From positions 4,635 to 68,634 of the forward strand of contig DASTWX010000238.1 of NCBI GenBank assembly GCA_035765795.1: a DNA stretch of 64,000 nucleotides, in the 5' to 3' direction. A program made the position numbers and the translations under genes. Of the stretch, positions 19,429 through 28,415 are shown piece by piece (positions within the stretch are counted from its first letter, which is position 1; each line of letters begins with the position of its first letter). Origin of the DNA: Pseudolabrys sp. Lineage in GTDB: Bacteria > Pseudomonadota > Alphaproteobacteria > Rhizobiales > Xanthobacteraceae. The notes beneath the pieces are model-generated. The model was not told the origin of the DNA. It searched no databases and worked only from the letters and a program-made list of their open reading frames with translations.

Positions 19429-21496
19429 CGGGCACCTCGCAGCCGGCGCGCCTTATCCGCTCGGAGCAACCTGGGACGGCCGCGGCACCAACTTCGCTTT
19501 GTTCTCCGCCAACGCCACGCGCGTCGACCTCTGTCTGTTCGACCGCGAGGGACGGCGGGAGACCGAGCGCGTCACAATGCCGGAGCGTACCGATGACGTC
19601 TGGCACGTCTACCTCTCGCACATATCGCCGGGACAACTCTACGGCTACCGCGTGCAAGGTCCGTATGAGCCGCTGCACGGCCATCGATTCAATCCATTCA
19701 AGCTCCTGATCGATCCTTACAGCAAACGGCTGGGCGGTCACTTTGCATGGACGGACGCCCATTTCGCCTACCGTACCGGAGCGAAGCAAGAAGACCTCTC
19801 CTTCGACAGGCGCGACAACGCCCGCGCCATGTACAAGTCCATCGTCGTTGATTCGGCACACACCTGGACTCACAAGCGGCGGCCGCAGACCCCCTGGGAA
19901 AGCACCATCATTTACGAGGCGCACGTCAAGGGACTGACGAGGCAGCGCGAGGACGTGCCGCCGGAAATGCGCGGCACCTATCGTGGTCTGGCCGAGCCCG
20001 GCATGATCAAGCATCTGCGCAGCCTCGGCGTCACCGCGATCGAGCTTCTGCCGATTCATGCTTTTCTCGATGATCGTCATTTGCTCGACAAAGGACTGCA
20101 TAATTACTGGGGCTACAATACGCTCAGCTTCTTCGCGCCGGATGCGCGCTACAGCACCGACCGCGTGACCGACGATTTTAGGGCGATGGTCGCGGCGCTG
20201 CACGATGCCGGCATCGAGGTCATCCTCGACGTGGTTTACAACCATACGGCGGAAGGCAACCACATGGGCCCGACGCTATGCTATCGCGGCATAGATAATG
20301 CCTCATATTATTGGCTGATGCCGGACAAGCCGCGCTATTACGACGACTTCACCGGCACCGGCAATTCGCTCAAACTCACGCATCCGCGCGTCCTGCAGAT
20401 GGTCATGGACTCGTTACGCTTCTGGGTCGAAGCATTCCATGTCGACGGCTTTCGCTTCGATCTCGCCACCACGCTCGGCCGTACGCCGGCATTCGACCGC
20501 AATGCAGCTTTCTTCGCGGCGGTGCGGCAGGACCCGGTGCTATCGAGGGCCAAGCTGATCGCCGAGCCATGGGACGTCGGCATCGGCGGCTACCAGGTCG
20601 GCGGCTTCCCCACCGGCTGGTCGGAATGGAACGACTTCTACCGGCACACCGTGCGTCGGTTTTGGCGCGGCGAAGGCAACCTGATCGGCGATCTCGCCCA
20701 CTGCATGACCGGCTCGGCGGCCCAATTCCAGCACAACGGCCGCGGTCCACGGGCAAGCATCAACCACGTCACCGTGCACGACGGCTTTACGCTCGGCGAC
20801 TGGGCAAGCTATGAGAACAAGCATAACGAGGCGAACGGCGAGGACAATCGCGACGGCTCCGACGATAACCAAAGCACCAATTGCGGCGTCGAAGGCCCGA
20901 CGGACGACGAGGGCATTCTGGCGCTCCGTCGAAGATTGCGTCGCAACCAACTCGCCTGTTTGTTTCTGGCGCAAGGCGTACCACTGCTGCTCGCCGGCGA
21001 CGAGGCAAGCAACAGCCAAGGCGGCAATAATAATGCCTATTGTCAAGACAACGAGACCGGCTGGGTCGATTGGTCAAAGCTCGGTAGTGACGACGATCAC
21101 GTCTTGTTCGTCGCCGAATTGATCAATCTCCGCCACCGGTTTGCCCAACTCCGGCCGCGCAAATGGGTGGAAGGCAAACGGCGGGACGGCAGCTATGACG
21201 TGAAGTGGCTGACCCCGTCCGGCGCCGAAATGGAGGAAGCCGACTGGAATTTTCCCGACGGCCATTTCCTCTCCTACGTTCTGGCAGCGGCCGAAGAGAG
21301 CCGCGAGCCGCTGCTCATCGTGCTCAACGGCGCCGACGAGGAAGTCGAGATCAAGTTTCCGCAATGGCCCGGCGTTCTACGCTGGCTTTGCCTCTTCAAT
21401 ACCGCAAACAGCGAAGTGCCCTCGGCGTCGAACGCGCCGGGCTCGCCCTGGACAGCAGAGCCGCGTTCCGTGCTCGCATTTGCGGGGCATCCGTGA
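19382..21496 (+). CDS. glgX: Glycogen debranching enzyme (isoamylase-type)
   Basis: [45 protein letters not shown]. The only upstream starts are TTG 19382/19385, with GGAG at 19371-19374. Confidence 0.95.
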   Translation: MLSHPSRPYSSFPKSSGHLAAGAPYPLGATWDGRGTNFALFSANATRVDLCLFDREGRRETERVTMPERTDDVWHVYLSHISPGQLYGYRVQGPYEPLHGHRFNPFKLLIDPYSKRLGGHFAWTDAHFAYRTGAKQEDLSFDRRDNARAMYKSIVVDSAHTWTHKRRPQTPWESTIIYEAHVKGLTRQREDVPPEMRGTYRGLAEPGMIKHLRSLGVTAIELLPIHAFLDDRHLLDKGLHNYWGYNTLSFFAPDARYSTDRVTDDFRAMVAALHDAGIEVILDVVYNHTAEGNHMGPTLCYRGIDNASYYWLMPDKPRYYDDFTGTGNSLKLTHPRVLQMVMDSLRFWVEAFHVDGFRFDLATTLGRTPAFDRNAAFFAAVRQDPVLSRAKLIAEPWDVGIGGYQVGGFPTGWSEWNDFYRHTVRRFWRGEGNLIGDLAHCMTGSAAQFQHNGRGPRASINHVTVHDGFTLGDWASYENKHNEANGEDNRDGSDDNQSTNCGVEGPTDDEGILALRRRLRRNQLACLFLAQGVPLLLAGDEASNSQGGNNNAYCQDNETGWVDWSKLGSDDDHVLFVAELINLRHRFAQLRPRKWVEGKRRDGSYDVKWLTPSGAEMEEADWNFPDGHFLSYVLAAAEESREPLLIVLNGADEEVEIKFPQWPGVLRWLCLFNTANSEVPSASNAPGSPWTAEPRSVLAFAGHP

Positions 21497-23253
21497 GCAC
21501 CGCCTTCCGCTTCGGTCCACGGGTCACCGGAGCCGGAGTCACCTTCCGCCTTTGGGCACCTGAAGCGCGCGAGGTGGCGCTCCTGCTGGATAGGCCTGTG
21601 CCGATGATGAAGGGCGCCTCCTGGTTTGCGGTTGATGTGCCTCACGCGCGTGCCGGGACACGCTACCGCTTCCGCATCGACGGCGAGCTTGATATCCCCG
21701 ATCCCGTATCGCATTTCCAGCCGGAAGATATCACGGGTCCGAGCCAAGTCATCGATCATGACGCATACCCCTGGCAGGCGGCGGGCTGGAAAGGGCTGCC
21801 GTGGCAGAACGCGGTTTTCCTCGAAGCACACGTCGGCACGTTCACCCGGGAGGGCACCTACCGCGCGATGATCGACCGCCTCGACCACTTGGTCGAGACC
21901 GGCATCACGGCGCTTGAGCTCCTGCCGCTGTCCGACTTCCCCGGCCGTTGGAATTGGGGTTACGACGGCGTGCTCCCTTACGCGCCGGACAGTGCGTACG
22001 GACCGCCTGACGACCTCAAGGCGTTGATCGACGCCGCACATCTGCGCGGGCTGATGATCTTTCTCGACGTGGTCTATAACCACTTCGGCCCGGAAGGAAA
22101 TTACCTAGGCCGCATCGCGCCGCGCTTCTTCGCCGAAGCGCACACGCCCTGGGGCGTCGCGATCGACTATCGCGTGCCGGAAGTGCGCGCTTACGCGATC
22201 GAAAACGCACTGCATTGGCTGCGCAATTATCGCTTCGACGGCCTGCGGTTCGATGCCGTGCACGCCATCGTCGAACCGGGCGAGCCGCATATCCTCACCG
22301 AATTGGCGACGGCGGTCAGCGGCTTGGCGGCAGAGACAGGCCGGCAAATTCACCTGGTGCTGGAGAATGATGATAACGCGGTGCGCTTCCTGACGCCTTC
22401 CTCCAAACCTGAAGCGGGTTTCTACCGCGCACAATGGAATGACGATTACCACCACGCTTGGCACGTGCTGCTAACGAAAGAGAACGGCGGGTATTATCGT
22501 GACTATCAGGACTCAGCGGTGCAAGTGGTGCGCACACTGGCGCAAGGCTTCTCCTGGCAGGGCGAAAATTCGCCGCATCGTAGCGGCCGGCCGCGCGGCG
22601 AGCCGAGCGGTCGATTGCCGCGTATGAACTTCGTGAATTTCCTCCAGAACCACGACCAAATCGGCAACCGGCCTCGCGGTCAGCGGCTGACTATGCTGGC
22701 AAAGCCGAGGGCGCTCGAGGCTGCGCTCGCGATCTTGCTGCTGCAACCGGGACCGCCGCTCATGTTCATGGGGGAGGAGTGGGGTGCGACCGAGCCCTTC
22801 CCGTTCTTCTGCGATTTCAAAGGCGAATTGGCCGAAGCGGTCCGTCAAGGGCGGCGGCGCGAGTTCGCCGAAGCCTATGCCGCGCACGGCGAGGAAATTC
22901 CCGATCCCCTGGCGCGCCAAACGCGCGACTCCGCCGTACTCGACTGGCAAGCCCGTACAACGAAGCCTCATGCGGCCCGGCTGGCGCTGGTCCGCGCGCT
23001 ACTCACCGCTCGGCGAAAATGGGTCGTGCCGCTTCTTCCGGCCATGAATATGCCGGGCGAAGTGCGACTCAACGGCGGCGTTTTGCACGCACGATGGGTC
23101 GCGCTGAGTCGGAGTGTACTACTGCTGGCCAATTTGTCCGACGATGCGAGGCCGCACCCACCGGACCTGCTCTGGGGTGCGAGCATCTGGGGGGATAAGC
23201 CGTCGCACGAGCTTCCGCCGTGGTCGGTCTATGCGGCGATCGGAGGCGACTAA
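21493..23253 (+). CDS. treZ: Malto-oligosyltrehalose trehalohydrolase
   Basis: FRLWAP, WNWGYDGV, DVVYNHFGPEGNY, LRFDAVHAI, QNHDQIGNR. GTGA overlap with the glgX stop. Confidence 0.95.
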   Translation: MSTAFRFGPRVTGAGVTFRLWAPEAREVALLLDRPVPMMKGASWFAVDVPHARAGTRYRFRIDGELDIPDPVSHFQPEDITGPSQVIDHDAYPWQAAGWKGLPWQNAVFLEAHVGTFTREGTYRAMIDRLDHLVETGITALELLPLSDFPGRWNWGYDGVLPYAPDSAYGPPDDLKALIDAAHLRGLMIFLDVVYNHFGPEGNYLGRIAPRFFAEAHTPWGVAIDYRVPEVRAYAIENALHWLRNYRFDGLRFDAVHAIVEPGEPHILTELATAVSGLAAETGRQIHLVLENDDNAVRFLTPSSKPEAGFYRAQWNDDYHHAWHVLLTKENGGYYRDYQDSAVQVVRTLAQGFSWQGENSPHRSGRPRGEPSGRLPRMNFVNFLQNHDQIGNRPRGQRLTMLAKPRALEAALAILLLQPGPPLMFMGEEWGATEPFPFFCDFKGELAEAVRQGRRREFAEAYAAHGEEIPDPLARQTRDSAVLDWQARTTKPHAARLALVRALLTARRKWVVPLLPAMNMPGEVRLNGGVLHARWVALSRSVLLLANLSDDARPHPPDLLWGASIWGDKPSHELPPWSVYAAIGGD

Positions 23254-23256
23254 GCG

Positions 23257-26010
23257 ATGCCGCCCGCCGTGCCATTGGCGACTTATCGGCTTCAGCTCAC
23301 GAAAGATTTCGGATTCGACAGCGCGGCGGCGATCGTGCCCTACCTCGCGCGGCTGGGAATCAGTCACGTTTATGCTTCACCGTTCCTGAAGGCGCGGCCG
23401 GGCAGCACGCATGGCTACGACATCGTCGATCATGACCAAATAAACCCCGAGCTCGGCGGCGAGGAGGCATTCCTCCGGCTCAGCGAAAGCCTCAAGCGCC
23501 ACGACCTCGGGCTCATCCTCGACTTCGTCCCCAATCACATGGGCGTCGGCCATGCCGACAATTCCTGGTGGCTCGACGTGTTGGAATGGGGCCAACGCTC
23601 CCCTTACGCGGCAGCCTTTGACATCGATTGGGACGCGCTGCCTCACCGACGGCACCCCGGCGTCCTCTTGCCGATCCTCGGCCGCCCCTATGGCGACGCG
23701 CTGCAAAGCGGCGAGATTGCGCTCCGCTATGATGCCGAGGACGGCAGCTTCGCCGCCTGGTATTTCGAGCATAAGCTGCCGATCAATCCGCAGCGCTACA
23801 GCGAAATGCTGCGCACCATCGTCGCAGCGGCTGGCGCTGCTGACGAGCCCGGCGGCCACGCGCTGATCGGCATCGCGGATGACTACCGCGCGCCGGACAC
23901 ACCGACCTACCGCCAAGCGCCCGAATTAAAGCACCGGTTGAGCACAACCGCGGGAGCCGCCGAGGTAATCGCACGCGGTTTGTCGGCCTATCGGTCCGAC
24001 ACCGAAACGGGCGCCGGCGCGCTCCACCGGCTGCTCGAGCGACAACATTACCGGCTGGCCTATTGGCGAGTGGCATTCTCGGCGGTGAATTACCGCCGTT
24101 TCTTCGACATCAACGACCTCGCCGGGCTGCGCGTTGAAAATCCCGCCACTTTTCGCGCCATCCACGCACTGGTTGCCCGGTTAACTGCCAACGACCGGTT
24201 GCAAGGCTTGCGGCTCGACCACATCGATGGGCTGCGCGATCCGGCGCGCTACACGCTAAACCTGCGCCGATTATTGCAAAAGGTCCGGCGAGAGGCCAAG
24301 TTACGCGGCCCGTTTTACGTCGTGGTCGAGAAAATTCTCGCCAGTGATGAGCCGATGCCGCCCTTCTCCGGCATTGCCGGCACCACCGGCTACGAATGGC
24401 TCAACCTTATCGCCCGCGTTCTGGTCGACGGCCAAGGGCTCGACCCCCTCGAGCGCATTTGGCGCGACTTCACCGGCGAACGCGCATCATTTGCCACGAT
24501 GGTCGAGACGGCCAAGCGCACGGTTATTCAAACCATGCTGGCCAGCGAGTTCACTGTCCTTTGCCGCGCGCTCGCCCGCATTGCCGCCGGGCACTTCTCG
24601 ACTCGCGACTTCACCATCGATCGCTTACGAGCCGCTTTGCAGGCTTACGTTCTCGAATTCCCGGTCTATCGCACCTATGTCACCGCCGCGGGTGCCTCCC
24701 CGGAGGACCGCGCGACCATCCAGGAAGCCATCGAGCGCGCCCAGGCACGCTGGGAAGGCCCCGATCCGGATGTCTTCGATTTCCTGCGCGACGCCATCAC
24801 ACTCGATCTCGCTGCAAACCCCGGCTACAGCGCGCCCCGCGTGCGCAATTTTGCGCTCAAGTTGCAACAGTTCACCGGGCCCCTGACGGCCAAGGCGGTC
24901 GAGGATACTGCCTTTTATCGATATCACCGCCTGATCGCGTTGAATGAGGTCGGCGGCGACCCGGCTGCGTCCGCGCTCAGCCTCGAACGGTTTCATCGCC
25001 GACAGCAGCAGCATGCGGAAACCCAACCCGACGGCCTCGTTGCGACGGCGACCCACGACACCAAGCGGGGTGAGGACGCGCGTACGCGTATTCTGGCGCT
25101 CTCGGAATTGGCCCCCGAATGGGAGACGGCAGTCCGCGAATGGCAAGCACTGAACGCGCCCTTGATCCGTCACGGCGGCGGCAAGCGGTGTCCCTCGCTG
25201 GGACACGAATATATGCTCTATCAGGCGCTGATCGGCGTCTGGCCCGATCAGATCGACGAGGAGTTCGTCGACCGGATGCTCGGCTACACATTGAAGGCGG
25301 CGCGCGAAGGCAAGCGGGAGACAAGCTGGACCAACCCGGACGAAGTCTACGAGGCCGGCTTGATTCAGTTCCTGCGCAACTTGCTCGATCGCTCCATCTC
25401 GGCGGCCTTTCTTCAATCGATTGATGAGATCGCCAAACGCGCCGCCCTCATTGGCGCGCTAACCGGGCTATCGCAGGTGGCTTTAAAGGCGCTCCTGCCC
25501 GGTGTTCCAGATTTCTACCAAGGCACTGAGTTATGGGATTTTTCGCTTGTTGATCCGGATAACCGGCGGACGGTCGATTTCGCCAAGCGCGCGAATGCGC
25601 TCGAGCATTCAACGGACTGGGCCAACTTGGCCACACATTGGCGCAACGGCGGCATCAAGCTCGCGCTGACCCGCAGGCTCTTGCAGCTACGCCGCGATTT
25701 TGCCCCGCTATTCCAGCGCGGGAGCTACGAACCGCTGACGGTGAGCGGCGTTCAGGCCGACCACGTCATTGCTTTTGGCCGAACCTGGAGAGACCAGCGA
25801 CTGGTGGTCGCTGTTGGCCGCCATTTCGGTCGCCTCACGGACAATGGAACAAACTGGAGCCCTGCCTGCACTGCGACAATCTCCTCACCGGACAAGACAG
25901 ATACAAATTACGCTGATATTGTCGGAACGTGTCCTGATTTCTGCAGCAATGAATTAAACGCGAAGCGCCTCTTTCGGCACGTTCCCGTGGCTGTCCTTCG
26001 CCGCCTTTGA
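23257..26010 (+). CDS. treY: Malto-oligosyltrehalose synthase
   Basis: ATYRLQ, GSTHGYD, VPNHM, NYRRFFD, LRLDHIDGL, VEKIL, THDTKRGED, YQGTELWDFSLVDPDNRR. Confidence 0.96.
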   Translation: MPPAVPLATYRLQLTKDFGFDSAAAIVPYLARLGISHVYASPFLKARPGSTHGYDIVDHDQINPELGGEEAFLRLSESLKRHDLGLILDFVPNHMGVGHADNSWWLDVLEWGQRSPYAAAFDIDWDALPHRRHPGVLLPILGRPYGDALQSGEIALRYDAEDGSFAAWYFEHKLPINPQRYSEMLRTIVAAAGAADEPGGHALIGIADDYRAPDTPTYRQAPELKHRLSTTAGAAEVIARGLSAYRSDTETGAGALHRLLERQHYRLAYWRVAFSAVNYRRFFDINDLAGLRVENPATFRAIHALVARLTANDRLQGLRLDHIDGLRDPARYTLNLRRLLQKVRREAKLRGPFYVVVEKILASDEPMPPFSGIAGTTGYEWLNLIARVLVDGQGLDPLERIWRDFTGERASFATMVETAKRTVIQTMLASEFTVLCRALARIAAGHFSTRDFTIDRLRAALQAYVLEFPVYRTYVTAAGASPEDRATIQEAIERAQARWEGPDPDVFDFLRDAITLDLAANPGYSAPRVRNFALKLQQFTGPLTAKAVEDTAFYRYHRLIALNEVGGDPAASALSLERFHRRQQQHAETQPDGLVATATHDTKRGEDARTRILALSELAPEWETAVREWQALNAPLIRHGGGKRCPSLGHEYMLYQALIGVWPDQIDEEFVDRMLGYTLKAAREGKRETSWTNPDEVYEAGLIQFLRNLLDRSISAAFLQSIDEIAKRAALIGALTGLSQVALKALLPGVPDFYQGTELWDFSLVDPDNRRTVDFAKRANALEHSTDWANLATHWRNGGIKLALTRRLLQLRRDFAPLFQRGSYEPLTVSGVQADHVIAFGRTWRDQRLVVAVGRHFGRLTDNGTNWSPACTATISSPDKTDTNYADIVGTCPDFCSNELNAKRLFRHVPVAVLRRL

Positions 26011-26051
26011 TCGCGGCTCGCCATTTCACATTACGAATCCTTCACGGTGAC

Positions 26052-26076
26052 GGAACCTCGACAACGAAATTGCGTT
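26052..26076 (+). promoter_or_regulatory. Putative sigma-EcfG promoter P1 of otsA
   Basis: Exact GGAAC-N16-CGTT in the treY-otsA spacer. Confidence 0.7.
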
Positions 26077-26178
26077 GTCAGCAGCACGTCCGCGGGTGCT
26101 GCGATTTTCTCTCATGCATCCCCGCCGGCAGCGTCACCGGCGAAGGGCGTGCGACACTAGGTCGAGGCAAAAAAATCC

Positions 26179-26212
26179 CACTGCTTTGGAACAAAGCAGT
26201 GAGGAGCCGCTT
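26179..26212 (+). promoter_or_regulatory. Perfect 10-bp inverted repeat overlapping a second EcfG-like motif
   Basis: CACTGCTTTG-GAA-CAAAGCAGTG (26179-26201) covers GGAAC (26188-26192)-N16-GCTT (26209-26212). Confidence 0.45.
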
Positions 26213-26253
26213 ACCGTCAAAAGCCTAATGGCGGAAGAAGAGGACTCGCGGGG

Positions 26254-27720
26254 ATGGCCATGGACATTGTCGTATCCAATCGGGTGGCGCGGATCACGCC
26301 CGGTGGACCGATGGTGGGCGGATTAGCCGCTGCGTTGCTCCCCGCTGTAAAGAAGTCCGGTGTCGTTTGGTTCGGCTCGAGCGGAAAAGTACGCAATATC
26401 GCTGTCTACGGGACACCTCTCGTCGAACTTGAAAGTTACGGGCGTGGCACAATTGCCCGTGTCGACCTGCCCGGACAGCATTACGCCGGTTTCTACGAGG
26501 GATTCGCCAATTCGGCCCTCTGGCCGCTCCTGCATTCCCGCCCCGATCTCGCACATAGCCACGAAGCCGATTATGCCGATTACCGCGCGGTAAATGCATA
26601 CATGGCCCGGACGCTGGCGGCATTCAGTAGTGCCGATTCCACATTCTGGATACACGACTACCACTTTTTGCTGCTGGGCGAGGAACTGCGACGGCTCGGC
26701 ATTCGGCAGAAAATCGGTTTCTTTCTGCACACGCCATGGCCGGAGCGGCGCATTTTTGCGCAAATTCCGCAGCACCGGGAATTAGCGGCGGCGATGCTGG
26801 CCTATGATCTCGTCGGTTTCCAGACCGATCGCGCCCGCGATAGCTTCGCCGCCGTGCTGAGGCATGAATTGCACGTTCCCACCAATGGCCACACTTTTGA
26901 GGGTCCATACGGACCCTGTCGGCTGGCCACCTTTCCGATCGGTATTGATACAGAGGAGTTTGCCGACAGCGCGCTCAAAGCCGTTGACGACCCCGATGTA
27001 CGGCGGCTGCGCGCCAGTATCGTCGGCAGTAAGCTCGTGATCGGGGTCGATCGTATCGATTACTCCAAAGGGTTGGCCCAACGCGTGCAGGCTTACGATC
27101 ACCTGCTTGCCCGCTATCCGGGCTTGAAGCGCCGCCTGACTATGCTGCAGATCGCCATTCCCTCGCGCTGCAATATTCTTAACTACCGCTCGCTACAGGG
27201 CGAATTAGCAGCCTTGGTGGGAGAGGTGAATGGCCGCCACGGCGACATCGATTGGACCCCCATTCGATATCTGAATAGAGGCTTCGGTCAGGCAACACTC
27301 GCCGGGTTTTATCGAACCGCGGCGATCGGGCTGGTTACACCGCTACAGGACGGCATGAATCTGGTGGCAAAGGAATATGTCGCGGCTCAAAACCCGGAAG
27401 ATCCGGGAGTTCTGGTATTGTCTAAATACGCCGGGGCAGCGCAGGAACTCGATGCCGCCTTGCTGGTCGATCCGCAGAACCTCGAAGCCGTGGGCCGTCG
27501 CATCGCAGCCGCTTTGGTGATGCCACCCGAAGAGCGTCGCGCGCGCTGGCAGCGCATGATGGATAGGTTGCTGCGGCACTCGATCCATTCCTGGTTCTCG
27601 GATTTCATGCACGCGCTTAAAGGGCCTGAGCGCGACAACGTGGTGCCGTTGGAGACGAGCAAAGCGCCCGTATTGCCTGCGGTCGATAGTGGCAGCCCTG
27701 CCTGGGCGGCGCATTTGTGA
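26254..27720 (+). CDS. otsA: Trehalose-6-phosphate synthase (GT20)
   Basis: VVSNR, GGLAAAL, FYEGFANSALWP, WIHDYH, GFFLHTPWP, GVDRIDYSKG, DGMNLVAKEY. Confidence 0.93.
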   Translation: MAMDIVVSNRVARITPGGPMVGGLAAALLPAVKKSGVVWFGSSGKVRNIAVYGTPLVELESYGRGTIARVDLPGQHYAGFYEGFANSALWPLLHSRPDLAHSHEADYADYRAVNAYMARTLAAFSSADSTFWIHDYHFLLLGEELRRLGIRQKIGFFLHTPWPERRIFAQIPQHRELAAAMLAYDLVGFQTDRARDSFAAVLRHELHVPTNGHTFEGPYGPCRLATFPIGIDTEEFADSALKAVDDPDVRRLRASIVGSKLVIGVDRIDYSKGLAQRVQAYDHLLARYPGLKRRLTMLQIAIPSRCNILNYRSLQGELAALVGEVNGRHGDIDWTPIRYLNRGFGQATLAGFYRTAAIGLVTPLQDGMNLVAKEYVAAQNPEDPGVLVLSKYAGAAQELDAALLVDPQNLEAVGRRIAAALVMPPEERRARWQRMMDRLLRHSIHSWFSDFMHALKGPERDNVVPLETSKAPVLPAVDSGSPAWAAHL

Positions 27721-27752
27721 TCAGACGATCGTTGGAAGCGGCGTAGTCATGG

Positions 27753-27777
27753 GGAACGTTCCGTCGCCGCCCCCGTT
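27753..27777 (+). promoter_or_regulatory. Putative sigma-EcfG promoter of the cytochrome c / PQQ dehydrogenase operon
   Basis: Exact GGAAC-N16-CGTT about 100 nt upstream of the cytochrome gene. Confidence 0.68.
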
Positions 27778-27872
27778 AGAAAACCGGGCAGCGAAGATGT
27801 AGCCGTCCGCAACCATTTCAGCAATTCGACCGCTGCCAAACTCGGGGCCTGTAGCGTGTCGAGATTGGCACG

Positions 27873-28377
27873 CATGGGAAGGATTCCTTTTTCCATTTTC
27901 GTTTGGCCGGCGCAGCACTCTCGGCGCGCAGTCATTGCCCTTTGTGGCGTTGCTCTGTTGATGACCGCTACCGGTACAGGCCCGCTGCTTGCAGCCACCC
28001 GCGACGATTACAGCCAGTCCCAAGCCAGCGCAGGCCAACAAATCTATACGCAGCACTGCGCGGCTTGTCATGGGAGCCAATTGCAAGGCGGCGCCGGCCC
28101 CGCTCTCGCCGGTCCGAAATTCGCGGATAATTTGAGCTACAGCAAGATGACAGCGAAGCAGCTGTTCGACTTCATCAAATCGCAAATGCCGAATGACGCG
28201 CCCGGCAGCTTGAGCGACCGGCAGTACCTGGATGTGTTTGCTTATATCCTCTCGAAAAACGGATATCCGGCGGGCCTTACGGCCCTAAGCGAGAAGACAT
28301 TGGGCCAAATCAAGCTGCTGCCTTACCCGGGAGGAAACAGCGACCAAGAGGCTGGCACGACGTCATCACCGAAATGA
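27873..28377 (+). CDS. Periplasmic class I c-type cytochrome
   Basis: Signal-like N-terminus, CAACH heme motif, GGAGPAL, distal Met in QMP. Start uncertain (27856, 27873 or 27961). Confidence 0.88.
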
Positions 28378-28415
28378 CTGGGGGCGGCTGTAACTGCACT
28401 CCGAAGGAGGAGTAG

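Noticed and set aside
26254-27720. otsA as a non-trehalose GT20 enzyme, because of WFGSSG instead of WFGWSG and the missing otsB
   Set aside because: All other OtsA motifs are intact, this variant is what I recall from rhizobial OtsA, and otsB may lie elsewhere.
27721-28185. 154-aa minus-strand ORF containing a reversed view of the cytochrome region
   Set aside because: It is antisense to the cytochrome c gene and its promoter, with no motifs.
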